DNA of 64,000 nt from Squalus acanthias (taxonomy: Eukaryota), in the NCBI GenBank assembly GCA_030390025.1, contig CM059432.1:84694001-84758000 (forward strand), read 5' to 3'. Of this stretch, positions 34,465-47,659 are shown one piece after another (within the stretch, counting starts at the first letter, position 1; each line of letters opens with the position of its first letter). The notes under the pieces were generated by a model. It was not told where the DNA came from, made no database searches, and saw only the letters and a list, made by a program, of their open reading frames with translations. Both the position numbers and the translations under genes were made by a program.

Positions 34465-35533
34465 TAATAAAACCAGAAAATGCTGGGAATACTCAGCAGG
34501 TCAGGCAGCATCTGTGGAGAGAGAAACAGAGTTAACGTTTCAGGTCGATGACCTTTCATCATAACTGGAAAAAATTAGAGATGTAACAGATTTTAAGCAA
34601 GTGTAGGGGCAGGGAAAGGGGGGAAGGTCTGTGATAGGATGGAAGGCAGGAGTGATTAAATGACAAAAGGTATGATTGTACAAAGCCAAAGGAGATGGTA
34701 ATGGAACAAGTAAAGAAACAAAAGATGGGTCTAGAAGAGGTGTAAATGTGAATAGCAGAATCATCAACAGCTACTATCTGAAAAAATAGAGACTGAAATT
34801 GTTGAACTCAATGTTGAGTTCGGAAGGCTGTAAAGTGCTTAATCGAAAGATGAGGTGCTGTTCCTCGAGCTTACGTTGAGCTTCATTGGAACAGTGTAAG
34901 AGGCCGAGGACAGTGAGGTCTGAGTGGGAGTGGAGCGGAGAATTAAAGTGACAGGCGACTGGAAGCTCGGGGTCACCCTTACAGACTGAACGGAGGTGTT
35001 CCGCAAAGCCGTCACCCAATCTGCGTTTGGTCTCCCCAATGTAGAGGAGACCACAGAGTGAGCAGTGAAAACAGTATACTAAATTGCAAGAAATACAAGT
35101 AAATCGCTGTTTCACCCAGAAAGTGTGTTTGGGTCCCTGGATGGTGGGAAGGGAGGAGGTAAAAGGGCAGGTGCTGCATCTCCTGCGCTTGCACGGGAAG
35201 GTGCCGTGGGAAGGTGCCGTGGAAGGGAGGGGTGTTGGGGGTGATTGAGGAGTGGACCGGGGTGTAGCGGAGGGAGCGGTCCTTTCGGAATGCTGAAAGG
35301 GGAGGGGAGGGGAAGATGTGGTGTGGTGGTGGTGGGAACCCGCTGAAGGTGGTGGAAATGGTGGAGTATAATTCATTGGATGTGGAGGCTGGTGGGGTGA
35401 AAGGTGAGGACAAGGGGAACTCTTTCGTGGTTCTGGGAGGGAGGGAAAGGGGTGAGAGCAGAAGTGCAGGGAAATAGAATGGACACGGTTGAGGGCCATG
35501 TCAACCACGGTCGAGGAGAATTAATTAAACCAA
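34465..35533 (-). mobile_element. 5'-truncated Penelope (GIY-YIG end plus pLTR with a mutated hammerhead at 34530-34566)
   Basis: LYIGETKRRLGD motif; 9-bp TSD TTAAAGCTA at 34456-34464 and 35534-35542. Confidence 0.9.
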
Positions 35534-36616
35534 TTAAAGCTAGCCTGCATTACTTAAAGCCAGCTTACACCTCTTAAAGGGGAGGTGCATTCTGGCTGAA
35601 GCAGGTGCTGGAAGTGGCTAGGGAAGAGAGAGTGAAGAAGAACACTGAATTATGGCGCAACAGGGCAGAGAGCATGCTGCAAGGTTCACAGGCGCTGCAC
35701 TGGAAGCCTTGGTGGAGGAGGTGAACAGGAGGAGAGCGGTCCTCTATCCACAGGGGCCAGGATGCCCCCCAGACAAACTCTGCAATGGCAGTGGGAGCAG
35801 GTAACAGTGGAGGTTAATGTCAAAAGTCAAGCCCCAAGGACCTGGATGCAGTGCCGCAAAAAGTTCAATGACCTCACACGAGTGGTCAAAGTCAGTGAAT
35901 TCATCTTCAAAAGACATATTCCACCATCTGCTCCAATAGCCTCTCACATGGCTCAATGCACCACACCCCTTCACTCACCTACCAAAAATCTCTATCAAAC
36001 CGGACTCATACCTCACATTCGTAGCTTCACCTCACATTCACACACTTAGCACTGCTGCAAGCCTCAAACCCACATCTGATAGCCTGTACACACTGTCAGC
36101 TATTTTTACCATGACAGGCACATCACCCAAACACATTGCACCAAACTCACTGACACCCTCTCTCTTGCAGGAGAAGATGGTGCACAACTGGAGGCAGCAG
36201 GAGCTAACTGGCAGAGGACAGGCACACCTGCATGACCTCATGCTGATAGAGGAGACGGTGATCGCCATCATTGGGACGTCCAGGATTCGCTGAGTCTGGT
36301 CGCTGAGGCCGTGGCCAGTGGCGGGGCTCAAACCATCGAAGATAACGGTATTCTCATACCTAATCCTCTTTCTTACATCTCAATTCCCCCTCATCACACA
36401 ACGTCTTTTGATGTAAAAGCTGCAGATGGTGTAAGCTTGCACCTCTTACTTTCCCCCCTCCCCACACCGCAACACTACCCTTGTGCCTTTCTCTTTTCAG
36501 ACACCCAAGAATGCAACTGGACCAGGCAGTGGTGGAAAACCAACAGGTGTAGGAGGAAGAAGGCAGTGATGATGAAGACACAGCACCATCACTCAATTTC
36601 ACACTCCGCGTAATTT

Positions 36617-38358
36617 CTTCTTCTTAGGCAGTCCCTCGGAACCGAAGATGACTTGCTTCCACATTAAAAATGAGTTCTCAGGTGACTGATGAGTCCAATG
36701 CGGGACCTAGAGTCTCTGTCACAGGTGGGGCAGACGGTGGTTGAAGGGGCGGGTGGGTGGGGTGCTTGGGTTGACGTGCGCTCCTTCCGCTGTTTGCGCT
36801 TGGCTTCCGCTTGCTCCCGGCGAAGAGACTCGAAGTATTCGGCGCCTTCCCGATGCTTCTCCTCTACTTTGTACGGTCTTGGGCCAGGGATTCCCAGGTG
36901 TAGGTGGGGATGTTGCACTTTTTCAAGGAGGCTTTGAGGGTGACCTTGAAGCGTTTCCTCTGCCCACCTGGGGCTCTCTTGCCATGTCGGAGCTCCGAGT
37001 AGAGCGCTTGTTTTGGGAGTCTCGTATCGGGCATGCGGACGATGTGACCTGTCCATCGGAGCTGATCGAGCGTGGTCAAAGCTTCGATGCTGGGTATGTT
37101 GGCCTGAGCGAGAACACTGACGTTGGTGCGCCTATCCTGCCAATGGATTTGCAGGATCTTGCGGAGGCAGCATTGGTGGTACCTCTCCAGTGCTTTGAGG
37201 TGCCTGCTGTACATGGTCCATGTCTCTGAGGCATACAGGAGGGCGGGTATTACTACTGCTCTGTAGACCAAGAGCTTGGTGCCGGGTTTGAGGTCCTGGT
37301 CTTCAAACACTCTCTTCCTCAGGTGACCGAAGGCTGCACTGGCATACTTCGTCATCGACGTCTGCCCTTGTTGACAGTAGGCTCCTGAGGTATGGAAAGT
37401 GGTCCACGTTGTCCAAGGCCTTGTCATGGATTTTGATAATCGGGGGGCAGTACTGTGTGGTGGGGGCAGGTTGGTAGAGGACCTTTGTCTTACGGATGTT
37501 TAGTGTAAGGCCTATGCTCTCGTACGCTTCGGTGAAGGTGTTAAAGATGGTTTGGAGTTCGACCTCCAAGTGTGCGCAGATGCAAGCGTCGTCTGCATAC
37601 TGTAATTCAACGACAGAGGAAGGGACAACCTTGGATCTGGACTGGAGGCGACGGAGGTTGAACAGTTTCCCGTTTGTTCTGTAAATTAGCTCCACTCCAG
37701 CGGGGAGCTTACTGAGGGTGAGATGGAGCATTGCCGCAAGGAAGATCGAGAAGAGCGTTGGTGCGATGACACAGCCTTACTTGACCCCGGTCCGTGCACG
37801 AATTGGGTCTGTGGTGGAACCATTGATCAGGATCACAGCTTGCATGTCGTCATGAAGCAGGCGGAGGATGGTGACAAACTTTTGAGGGCAGCCGAATTTG
37901 AGGAGGACACTCCATAATCCCTCACGGTTGACAGTGTCAAAGGCCTTTGTGAGGTCAAAGAAGGCCATGTACAGCAACAATTGAAGAACAACAAGGCCTC
38001 AGAAGCAGATGGAATCCCTGCCGAGGCGCTAAAGCATGGCGGAGAAGCACTACTGGCGCGAATTCATGAACTAATTTCTCTTATTTGGAAGGAGGAGAGC
38101 ATGCCAAGGGATCTCAGAGATGCCGTAATTGTGACCATCTTCAAGAAAGGTGACAAGTCCGATTGCGGTAATTACAGAGGAGTTTCCCTGCTGTCTGCCA
38201 CAGGGAAAGTCATCGCAAGAATCCTCCTCAATCGCCTTCTCCCAGTGGCTGAAGAGCTCCTCCCAGAGTCGCAATGCGGATTCCGCCCACTAAGGGGCAC
38301 AATTGACATGATCTTCACCGCGTGCCAATTACAAGAGAAATGCAGGGAACAGCACCAA
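36617..38358 (-). mobile_element. RTE-clade LINE, 5'-truncated with a 5' inversion (37975-38358 on +)
   Basis: Tail GGGACTGCCT(AAG)n, QYADD, LLYASETW, LRWTGH and a C-terminal CPTC..H zinc finger. 11-bp TSD CCGCGTAATTT at 36606-36616 and 38359-38369. Confidence 0.93.
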
Positions 38359-39997
38359 CCGCGTAATTTAGAGGATAGCTTAGATGCAGGATCTGCACAT
38401 GGTGAGACACCAGGCACGCGTGACCTGCAGCCAGGGCAGGAAACAAGGATAGCGCAGGTGCCAACTTGCCAGAGGGCGAGTTGCACACGAGTTCTACTGC
38501 AGAGGACTCAGATGAGGACTTCAATGGGGTGGGCTACAGAAGAAGGCTGATGGGTATGCACAATGAAATTCTTGGGGCATTGGCAGCCTGCCAGAAAGCC
38601 TGCGTGCAATGTCAAGGAGCATGGAGGAGAGCAGCACCAACTTGGCACAGGGTTTTGCGCAGAGCTTGGAGCCCATGCTTTCTAGCATGGAAGTGGTGGT
38701 CAACTCCATCAGCACACTTGCAGATCCAACCATGATGCAGCGTCTGATGGCCGATATCTCAGCTTCCATTGCAGCACAAGCAGAAGCCACCCAATGACTG
38801 GGTGCTGCAGTGGAAGCTCAGACTTCTGTCATGCAAGCTCAACCTGCTGCCATTGTGGCTGCGGTTACCAATGTTCAAAGGGGCTTGCAGGGTGTTACAG
38901 TAGTCCAGCAATAGTCCTCCAGCAGATTACTTGGTTTGCTGAGGCACTGCCCTGGGGGAGTGGCAGTGGGTCCGTGGAACATGAGCTTGCTGTCCTCTCT
39001 CAGGATGACAGCATTTGTCCTCCCACCACTGACACTCCGCCAGTTCCCTTGCTTCTGCCTGTCAGCCAGCCAGCCCAGACTGCTGCCACCCATGCCAAGG
39101 TGGTGCAGTCCAAAGCCGGGTCTTCTAGGCCCAGAGCTGCTCGAAGTTGTCCTCCAAGACCATCTGCAGTCTCCCCCACTGAAAGTCAGCAGCCTTCCAA
39201 CAGCCATGCTGCAGCTACTGGGGTAGCACTGCATTTACTAGTATCGCAGCCAGATAAGTTGGTCATGGAGAGCCCAGCCAGAAAGGGGCTGTCTGGGTTG
39301 CCTCCTTCTCCTTCTCTTGCTCCTCTTCCTCCTCTTCCTTCTGCTCTTCTTCCTGCTTCCCCTACTCCTGAGCCAGTCGCTGTAAAGCTGGTGGCAAGGT
39401 CTGTGCCCTCATGATGGTGATGTTGTGCAGCATGCAGCGGACCAGAACGAATCTCGACACCCACTCTGCCGAGTACTGCAGGGCTCCTCCAGATCATTCC
39501 AGGCAGCAGAAACATTGCTTCCGCACACCAATGGTCTGCTCGATTATATTTTGTGTGTGGCTTTTGTTGTATCAATGCTGCGCACTGGTGGGTGGGATAC
39601 GCACAAGTGTCATGAACCATATTGTTAACAGATAGCCCTTGTTGCCCAGTAGCCACCCTTTGGTTTGTCATTGTGGCCCAAATGCAGATGGCACAGCTGA
39701 CTGCTGCAGAATTAAGGAATCATGGCTGCTGTCAGGACACCGGGCATTCACATGCAGGATTCGCTGAGTATGATCGAGTGTAATGTATCCAAGTTTGCTG
39801 ACGATACAAAGCTAGGTGGGAAAGTAAGCTGTGAGATGAGGATGCAAAGAGGCTGCAAAGGAATATAGACAGGTTATGTGAGTGGGCAATAAGGTGGCAG
39901 ATAACGTATAATGTGGGGAAATGAGAGGTTATTCACTTTGGTAGGAAGAATAGAAAAACAGAATATTTTTTAAATGGTGAGAAACTATTAAATGTTG

Positions 39998-40135
39998 TTC
40001 TGATGAAGGGTCCCAGACCTGAAAAGTTAACTCTGTTTCTCTCTCCACGGATGCTGCCTGGCCTGCTGAGTATTTCCAGCATTTTCTGTTGTTATTTCAG
40101 ATTTCCAGCATCCGCAGTATTTTGCTATTGTATTA
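39998..40135 (+). mobile_element. Mini Penelope pLTR insertion (hammerhead plus 3' terminus)
   Basis: TTCTGATGAAGGGTCCCAGACCTGAAAAGTTAACT... flanked by TATTAAATGTTG at 39986-39997 and 40131-40142. Confidence 0.85.
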
Positions 40136-40300
40136 AATGTTGGTGTTCAGAGAGATTTAGGTGTCCTCGTACAGGAAACACAAAAAGTTAGCACGCAGGT
40201 ACAGCAAGCAATTAGGAAGGCAAATGGCATGTTGGCTTTTATTGCAAGGGGGTTGGAGTACAAGAGTAAGGACATCTTTCTAAAATTGTACAGGGCTTTG

Positions 40301-41772
40301 CGGGTGGTGCCATAGGACTGGAAAATTGCAAATGTTACACCCTTGTTCAAAAAAGGGTGTAAGGATAAACCCAGCAACTACAGACTAGTCAGCTTAACCT
40401 CGGTGGTGGGGAAACTTTTAGAAATGATGATGAGGACAAAATTCACAGTCACTTGGACAAGTGTGGATTAATTAAGGGAAGGCAGCATGGATTTGTTAAA
40501 GGCAAATCGTGTTTAACTGACCTGATTGAATTTTTTGATGAGGTAACAGAGCGGGTTGATGAGGGCAATGCGGTTGATGTGGTGTACATGGACTTCCAAA
40601 AGGCATTTGATAAAGTGCCACATAATAGGCTTGCCAGCAAAGTTGAAGCCCATGGAATAAAAGTGACACTGGCAGCATGGATACGAAATTGGCTAAGCGA
40701 CAGGAAACAGAGTGTAGTGGTGAATGGTTGTTTTTCAGACTGGAGGAAGGTATACAGTGGTGTTCCCCAGGGGTCAACACTAGGACCACTGCTTTTCTTG
40801 ATATATATTAATAATTTGGACTTAGGTGTACAGGGCACAATTTCAAAATTTGTGGAAGACACAAACTTGGAAGTATAGTGAACAGTGAGGAGGATAGGGA
40901 TAGACTTCAAGAGGATATTGACAGGCTGGTGGAATGGCGGACACGTGGCAGATGAAGTTTAAAACAGAAAAGTGCAAAGTGATACATTTTGGGAGGAAGA
41001 ATGAGGAGAGGCAATATAAACTAAATGGTACAATTCTAAAGAGGGTGCAGGAACAGAGAGCCCTGGGGGGCATATGTGCACAAATTGTTGAAGGTGGCAG
41101 GGCAGGTTGAGAAAGCGGTTAAAAAAGCATACGGATCCTGGGCTTTATAAATAGAGGCATAGAGTACAAAAGCAAGGAAGTTATGGTGAACCTTTATAAA
41201 ACACTGGTTCGGCCACTACTGGAGTATTGTGTCCATTTCTGGGCACCACACTTTAGGAAGGATGTGAAGGCCTTAGAAGAGGGTGCAGAAAAGATTTACG
41301 AGAATGGTTCCAGGGATGAGGGACTTCAGTTACGTGGCTAGACTGGAGAAGCTGGGGTTGTTCTCCTTAGAGCAGAGAAGATTGGGAGGAGATTTGATCG
41401 AGGTGTTCAAAATCATGATGGGTCTAGACAGAGTAGATAGAGAGAAATTGTTCCCATTGGCGGAAGGGTCGATAACCAGAGGACACAGATTTAAGGTGAT
41501 TGGCAGAAGATCCAAAAGACGACATGAGGAAAAACTTTTTTACGCAGTGAGTGGTTATTATCTGGAATGCACTGCCTGAGAAGGCGGTGGAGGTAGATTC
41601 AATCGTGGCTTTCCAAAGGGATTTAGATAAGTACCTGAAGAAAAAAAATTTGCAGGGCTACAGGGAAAGGGCCGGGGATTGGGACTAGCCGAAGTGCTCT
41701 TGCAGAGAGCCGGCACGGGCTCGATGGGCCGAATGGCTTTCTACTGTGCTGGAACGATTCTATGATTCTATG
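40301..41772 (+). mobile_element. 5'-truncated CR1 nested in a CR1
   Basis: RT motifs (40453-40878) and an (ATGATTCT)n tail; the host CAGGGCTTTG|GTGAGACC rejoins. Confidence 0.9.
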
Positions 41773-42165
41773 GTGAGACCACACCTGGAGTACTGTGCAC
41801 TGTTTTGGTCTCCTTATCTGAGGAAGGACATAATTGTCTTAGAGGCGGTACAACAAAGGTTCACTAGATTGATCCCTGGGATGAGAGGGTTGTCCTATGA
41901 GGAGAATTGAGTAGATTGGGCCTATACTCTCTGGAGTTTAGAAGAATAAGAGGTGATCTCATTGAAACATATAAGATTCTGAGGCGGATTGACAGGGTAG
42001 ATGCTGAGAGGTTGTTCCCCTGGCTGGAGAGTCTAGAACTAGGGGGCATAGTCTCAGGATAAAGTGTCGGCCATTTAAGACTGAGATGAGGAGGAATTTC
42101 TTAACTCACAGTGTTGTGAATCTTTGGAATTCTCTACCCCAAAGGGCTGTGGATGCTGAGTCATT

Positions 42166-42909
42166 GGGGGAGAAATTGCGTATCGCCCCGTTTGGGGGCG
42201 GTAACATCCGGTAGGTGAGACATTTTACGTCAGGCACGGAAGTTCCGCTCCGCTCGCTAAATTCGGGTTACTGCTCCCGGAAGGAAGTGGAGCACTAAAT
42301 CAAGCGCTCCACTTTCTTCCTGGGGCGGGAGCGGGGCGCACAACTCAGCAACGCTACGCACTGGGCCGTGTAGCGCTGCCATGTACGAGGGTCACTTCCC
42401 TCAATTAAAGGGACGGGCCCAAGCTGCATACTCGGCCAAAGAAGAAGCCACCTACCTGGACCAGCGGGGAGTGGGGGGTGCCACACGATCAGCCCAACAC
42501 TCAAGCAGAGTGCCGGGCTGAGTGATCGCGGCAGTGAACCCGCCAACAAACCGCGACCGGAGCGGCAATGAAAACGGCACATTTTTTTTCACAGCAGCTG
42601 GCCACCCTCCCCTTTAATTTTCACAGCGGCCGGCCGCCCGGTGCGTGTCCCCTAAAGCTGTCGCTGTCATCGCCAGGCGCAGCTTCAGGAGGCAATACCC
42701 AATTTAGGGTCCGGGGCGCTAACAGGGCAATGCGCCTGGAGATGACGTCATGGTCTCCAGGCGCAGGGGATCAGGGCTCAATGCCGTAGTGCCGCCGCTA
42801 AACTCCCGCCGAATATGGCGGGAGTCGTTAGCAGTGCTGCGCTCGGTCGCCAAGTCGTTTGCGCCCAGGAACACTAACGGGAGGCACAAATGACCCGAAT
42901 TTCTCTCCC
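42166..42909. mobile_element. GC-rich Harbinger MITE, 744 bp
   Basis: TIRs GGGGGAGAAATT / AATTTCTCTCCC, TSD ATT, GGCGCTAA motifs, TGACGTCA at 42743. Confidence 0.9.
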
Positions 42910-45577
42910 ATTGAGTCTATTCAAGGCTGAGATAGATCAATTTTTGGACTCTAGAGGAATCAAGGGATATGGAGATCGGGCGGTAAAGTGGAGTTGAGGT
43001 TGAAGATCAGTCATGATATCATTGAGTCAGGGTCGAAGGGCTGTATGGCCTACTCCTATTTCTGATTCTTGTGTTCTTATGTTCTCAATCCCATGAGCCC
43101 TAATTTTGTGTAATAACCTCTTGTGTGGCACCTTATTGAGTCTTCTTCCTACCTGTCTGCCCTGGCCTGACACACTCCTAATCCAAGGAATGGAGGCATT
43201 TGTATAATAATAGTGGGCGATCGTTCACAGCATTACTGGGGTGCCTGCCCCATGGGGGCAATGGGATTTTGAACCTGTACCTTGCTGGGGGAGAACCTTT
43301 GGGGGTTCTCAGGTCAATTTGGCCTAAGTCTGCTTAGTTCAGAATTTTGAATGCAGGCTCTTCTGTTCTTCCTGTGCCACTCTCCTAATGGCAATCGGAA
43401 TTTCTCAGAACAGGGCAGAAACCCAACAGAAACAGGTTCCACTCCAAATCCCTCCCCCCCACCCAAATTAGGCTAATTCCGTGCCCCAAGTGGGTGGAAT
43501 TTCTCGACCCTTATGTTTAAATACTTGAAGATTAAGAAAAATAAGGTCACATATTACTTGGAAAATAAGAATCTAAATGGGGTAGAAGAGCAAAGGGATC
43601 TTGGAGTAGAAATACACAAATCATTAAAAGTAGCGACACAGGTTAATAAGGCAAACCAAGCACTAGGGTTTATTTCTCGAGGGATAGAATTGAAAAATAG
43701 AGAAGTTATGCTAAATTTGTATCAAACCTTGGTTAGACCACACATGCAGTGCTGAATACAATTCTGGTCATTGTATAAAAGGATATAGAGTCACTGGAGT
43801 GGGTCAAAAAAGATTTACAAGGATGCTACCAGAAACGCAAGGTTCTACTTATCAGGAAAGGATGAATAGGCTGGGAGAAGGCTGAGGGGTGACCTAATAG
43901 AGATCTTTAAAATTATGAAAGGTTTTCATGCAGTAGACACAGAGAGAGGGGGACAAATTCAGTAACTTAGCGCCTCCAGTTAGCGCCTGGCGGGTCTATA
44001 ATGGGGTGTTGAGGCAGTAGTGGCGTGGCGCGGTGAATCCAGTGCCGTGCACCAAATTCAGCCCCCCCGTAGTGCCGCCGCTACGAGTTAGCGCCAGAGG
44101 CTTGAGCGCCAGGCAGATCGTGATGTCAGTGAGTATGCAATGCTCACTGGGCGCCCGATCTGCCAAATTGAGTATCGCCCCCTGCCTTAGCGCCTCGCCC
44201 CGACAGCGACGGGAGAGGAGGCATGAAGCAGTCGGTAGCCAGCTCCAGAGGCACTACTTAAAGGGAGCATTAATAATGAGTCGGAGCTCTCAGGTTAGTG
44301 CTGTTTCACTGCCTTCTTCATTGTGCAACAGTTTAAATCAGTCATTTAAAGGTTGTTTAGTCTCTGGAGTGTTGTGGGTACTAAAAATTAGTTACATTTA
44401 TTCTCACAACATATCAAAGTTCTACACTTCAGGCTCCGCTTCAGCAAGGAGGTGGTCACAGAACTCTGCCACCTCCTGCAACCAGACCTCGAGCCCCAGA
44501 TCAGGACGAAGACGGCTCTCTCAGTGGCAGTCAAGGCCAGCATCGCCCTCAATTTCTTCGCCAGCGGATCCTTCCAGTCTGCAACAAAAGGAGATATAGG
44601 TAACATTTCGCAGTTCGCCATTCATCGCTGCATCTGGGAGGTCACAAAGGCTCTCTACAGTAGGAGAAGGAACTACATTTGCTTCCCCCATCACCAGAGA
44701 TAAGCAGGATGAGCGTACATGTGGCTTTGCCAGGATAGCGGGCTTCCCCATGGTGCAGGGCGCCATTGACTGCACCCACATGGCTTTGCGGGCACCGCAT
44801 AACAATCCTGAGATCTTCCGTAACCGCAAAGGCTAACACCTTCTTAATGTCCAGTTGGTGTGCGACCACAGACAGCAAATCCTCACTGTCAATGCCTACT
44901 ATCCTGGCAGCAGCCACGATGCCTTCATCCTGTGCCAGCACTCTTCTAACCACCGCATCAAGCTCGTGGCTGGCTGGTTGGAGACAAGGGTTATCCGCTC
45001 TCCACCTGGCTCATGAGTCCCCTCCGCAACCCCAATACTCCTGCACAGCACTCTTATAATGAGAGCCATGTTGCCGCCAGGAACATCATTCAGCAGACCA
45101 ACAGCCTGATGAAGCAACGGTTCCACTGCCTTGACCACTCAGGAGGAGCCCTCCAGTACTTGCCGGAGCAGGTGTCCCATTTCGTGGTGGTGCGCTGCAT
45201 GCTTCACAATCTGGCCATTATGAGGGCCCAGCCCTTGCCAGCAGGGATTGCGGGATCACCTCAGGAGAGAAGAGGGAGAGAAGGAGGAGGAGGAGGAGGA
45301 AGACAAGGTGGAGGAGGAGGAAGAGGAACAGGAGCGAGGGAGGAGGCAGCCACTCGATCGGCCTTCCGGAAGGGTGGTCCGTAACTGCCTCATCAGACTG
45401 CGGTTCCAGTAAATTCAACCCCAGATCCCCGTTGCTCACCAAATCCCCATCATTCTATCCCTGTTGCAGGCCATATCACAGTGCACAGCTGAAATGAGAG
45501 ACAGTACAAAATTATCCGAAGTGAATTAATAAATGTATCAATAATCAGTGAACACATCTTAACAACAACAATATTTA

Positions 45578-46201
45578 CTATTCACCCTTGTGCAATCCCT
45601 TAGCGCCTCTCGTTACTGTGCCTGTGCCTACTCTAGTGCTCCTACGAAGTGTTGGCCCAGTAGCTGCAGCACGGCTGGTGGAAGGCTGCTGAGTGTCCGT
45701 GCGGGAGACTTCAGATGGCCTTGCAGGACGTCCTCGACCATCTCTGGGCCTGGAAGGCCTGGCTATAGACTGCACCACCTCAACATGGGCGGCAGCAGTC
45801 TGGGCTGGCTGGATGACAGGCAGCAACAAGGGCAATGGCGGCGTGGCAGCAGTGGGAGCAGGAATGTTATCATCGTCAGAGAGGACAACAGGTTCCTGCT
45901 CCACAGACCCACTGCCACACCTCCGGGCAGCACCTCAGCATCCCTAGCAATCTGTTGCAGCACAGATTGCTGGCCTGCTGCAACACTGTGAAAGCCCCGG
46001 TGGATGGTGGTCGACCCAGCCACGATGGCAGCAGTCATAGCTTGCGTGGCATCAAGCTGAGACTGCATGAGAGTAGTCTGAGATTGAATGGCACTAACCA
46101 TAGACTGCATTACAACAGTGACTCCACTTCAAAAGTACTTAATTGGCTGTAAAGCGCTTTGAGACGTCCGGTGGTCGTAAAAGGCGCCATATAAATGCAA
46201 G

Positions 46202-46289
<88 letters not shown>

Positions 46290-47659
46290 TCCAGCACTAA
46301 GACGTTGCGTCACTTCTGCTTGTGCTGCAATGGAAGCTGCCAGATCGCCCATCACACGCGGCATCAGGTCTGGGTCGCCACAGTCTCTCTGGGAGTCAAC
46401 CATCCTTTCCAGACTGGAAATGATGAGCTCCATGGTGTGCGCAGAGCTTTGTGCAATGTTGGAGGTGAACTCCTCCACACTCCTTACCATTGCCGCCAGG
46501 CTCTCGGGCACCCTTGCCGTTGTACCTATGATCTCCTTGTGCATGCCCATCACCCTTCTACTAAAGGCCTCCCCATCGAAGTCCTCATCTGAGTCCTGTG
46601 CATCAGACCTCACGCCCGAACTCGCCCTCCGAGGAGCTGGCCCCTGAGCTGCCCTTTCCATCTGGCCTTGCTGCAGCCCGCTCATCCCCGGTGCATCACC
46701 CTGTGCAGATCCCGCTACTATACTAGCCTCTAAAGAACGCGTAGTGCCAGTATTTGAGCTGGTGCCTGCGAGTGAGACATGCAGTGACACGGTGTGTTCT
46801 TCCTCCTCCTCTTCTCCCGCCTCGCTCTCAACGGTGCCCTCAGGGACAGGCAGCTCAGGTGCTTGCTCATTATCTGAAAGCATAAAGGCGTAAAAGATGG
46901 GTTAAGGTGAGGGGAGGGGGGCAGGTAGGGAGAAAGGCATGCATACAGCATGATTATCTGGAAAGTGCAAAACGCTTGTGGGGTGATGGGGAACTGGCAT
47001 GTGAGAAGAAGGAGTAGGGATGAACATACCGTTGTTGTCCCCAAGGGTGTCAACGTCGCCGGTGGCCACGGCGCCCACCACCTGGCGCCCAATAATCTGC
47101 AGCACTCTATTCTCCAGCGCAGACAGTGGTTGGGTGTCGGCTTGTCCCCTGCCTGTGGCTCCTGTTCCCTCCTATTGTGAGCCACCATGGCCTGCAAGAG
47201 AAAGGAAAGTGTGTGAGTGAGTGTGGAGCAATGTTTGGGTGATGTGCCTGCCATAGTTGAATAGCTGTCATTGTGTGCAAGGTGTGAGATGTGGGTGTGA
47301 GTGTTGGTAGGTAGAGATTGTTGGTTGGTGAGTGGTGGGGGTGTGGTTCTTTGGGCAGTGTGTGCAGACTGTGGTTCAGATGGTGGTATGTAGCATTTGT
47401 AGAAGCATTGACTCACCCTGACCACCCGAGTGAGGTCGTTAAATTTCTTCCTGCACTGTGTGTGGGTCCTGGGGAACACAGTGCTGCCCGAGAGCTGATG
47501 GGCAATCTCCCTCCACATGGCATGGAAGACTTGCGGTGAGGGCCTCCTGTCACTTGCCGGGTAGAGCACCGCCCTCCGTCTCCCCACAGCGGACACCAAC
47601 TCCTCCAATGCTCGGTCCGAGAATCTGTGGGCTCTCTCCCTGGGGCGTGGATCTGCCAT
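45578..47659 (-). pseudogene. Myb/SANT gene of Harbinger B1 (exons about 47659-47417, 47191-47030, 46873-45578), broken by a SINE tail
   Basis: RFSDRALEELV, QCRKKFNDLTRVVR|GTGAGT; exon structure parallels family A. Confidence 0.8.
46108..46270 (+). mobile_element. L2-derived SINE (or L2) 3' tail with a (CTTT)n microsatellite tail
   Basis: CATTACAACAGTGAC...GGCTGTAAAGCGCTTT...ATATAAATGCAAGT followed by about 17 CTTT units. Confidence 0.8.

Larger units (their letters stand above)
34251..39775 (-). mobile_element. Decayed Harbinger, family D: Myb gene on + from 35652, transposase 3' half on - at about 39240-39775; right end lost
   Basis: GGGGCTAAATT start, WMQCRKKFNDLTRVVK, SQDDSI...AQTAA motifs, and transposase remnants (GNKGY, ALQYSAE, CCMLHN). 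Confidence 0.8.
39776..43085 (+). mobile_element. 5'-truncated CR1 hosting three nested insertions
   Basis: KFADDTK start; the host sequence rejoins across 39998-40130, 40301-41772 and 42166-42909. Confidence 0.85.

Noticed and set aside
46110..46883. Protein with KKER repeats
   Set aside because: This is the translation of the (CTTT)n SINE tail read through from the Myb exon.
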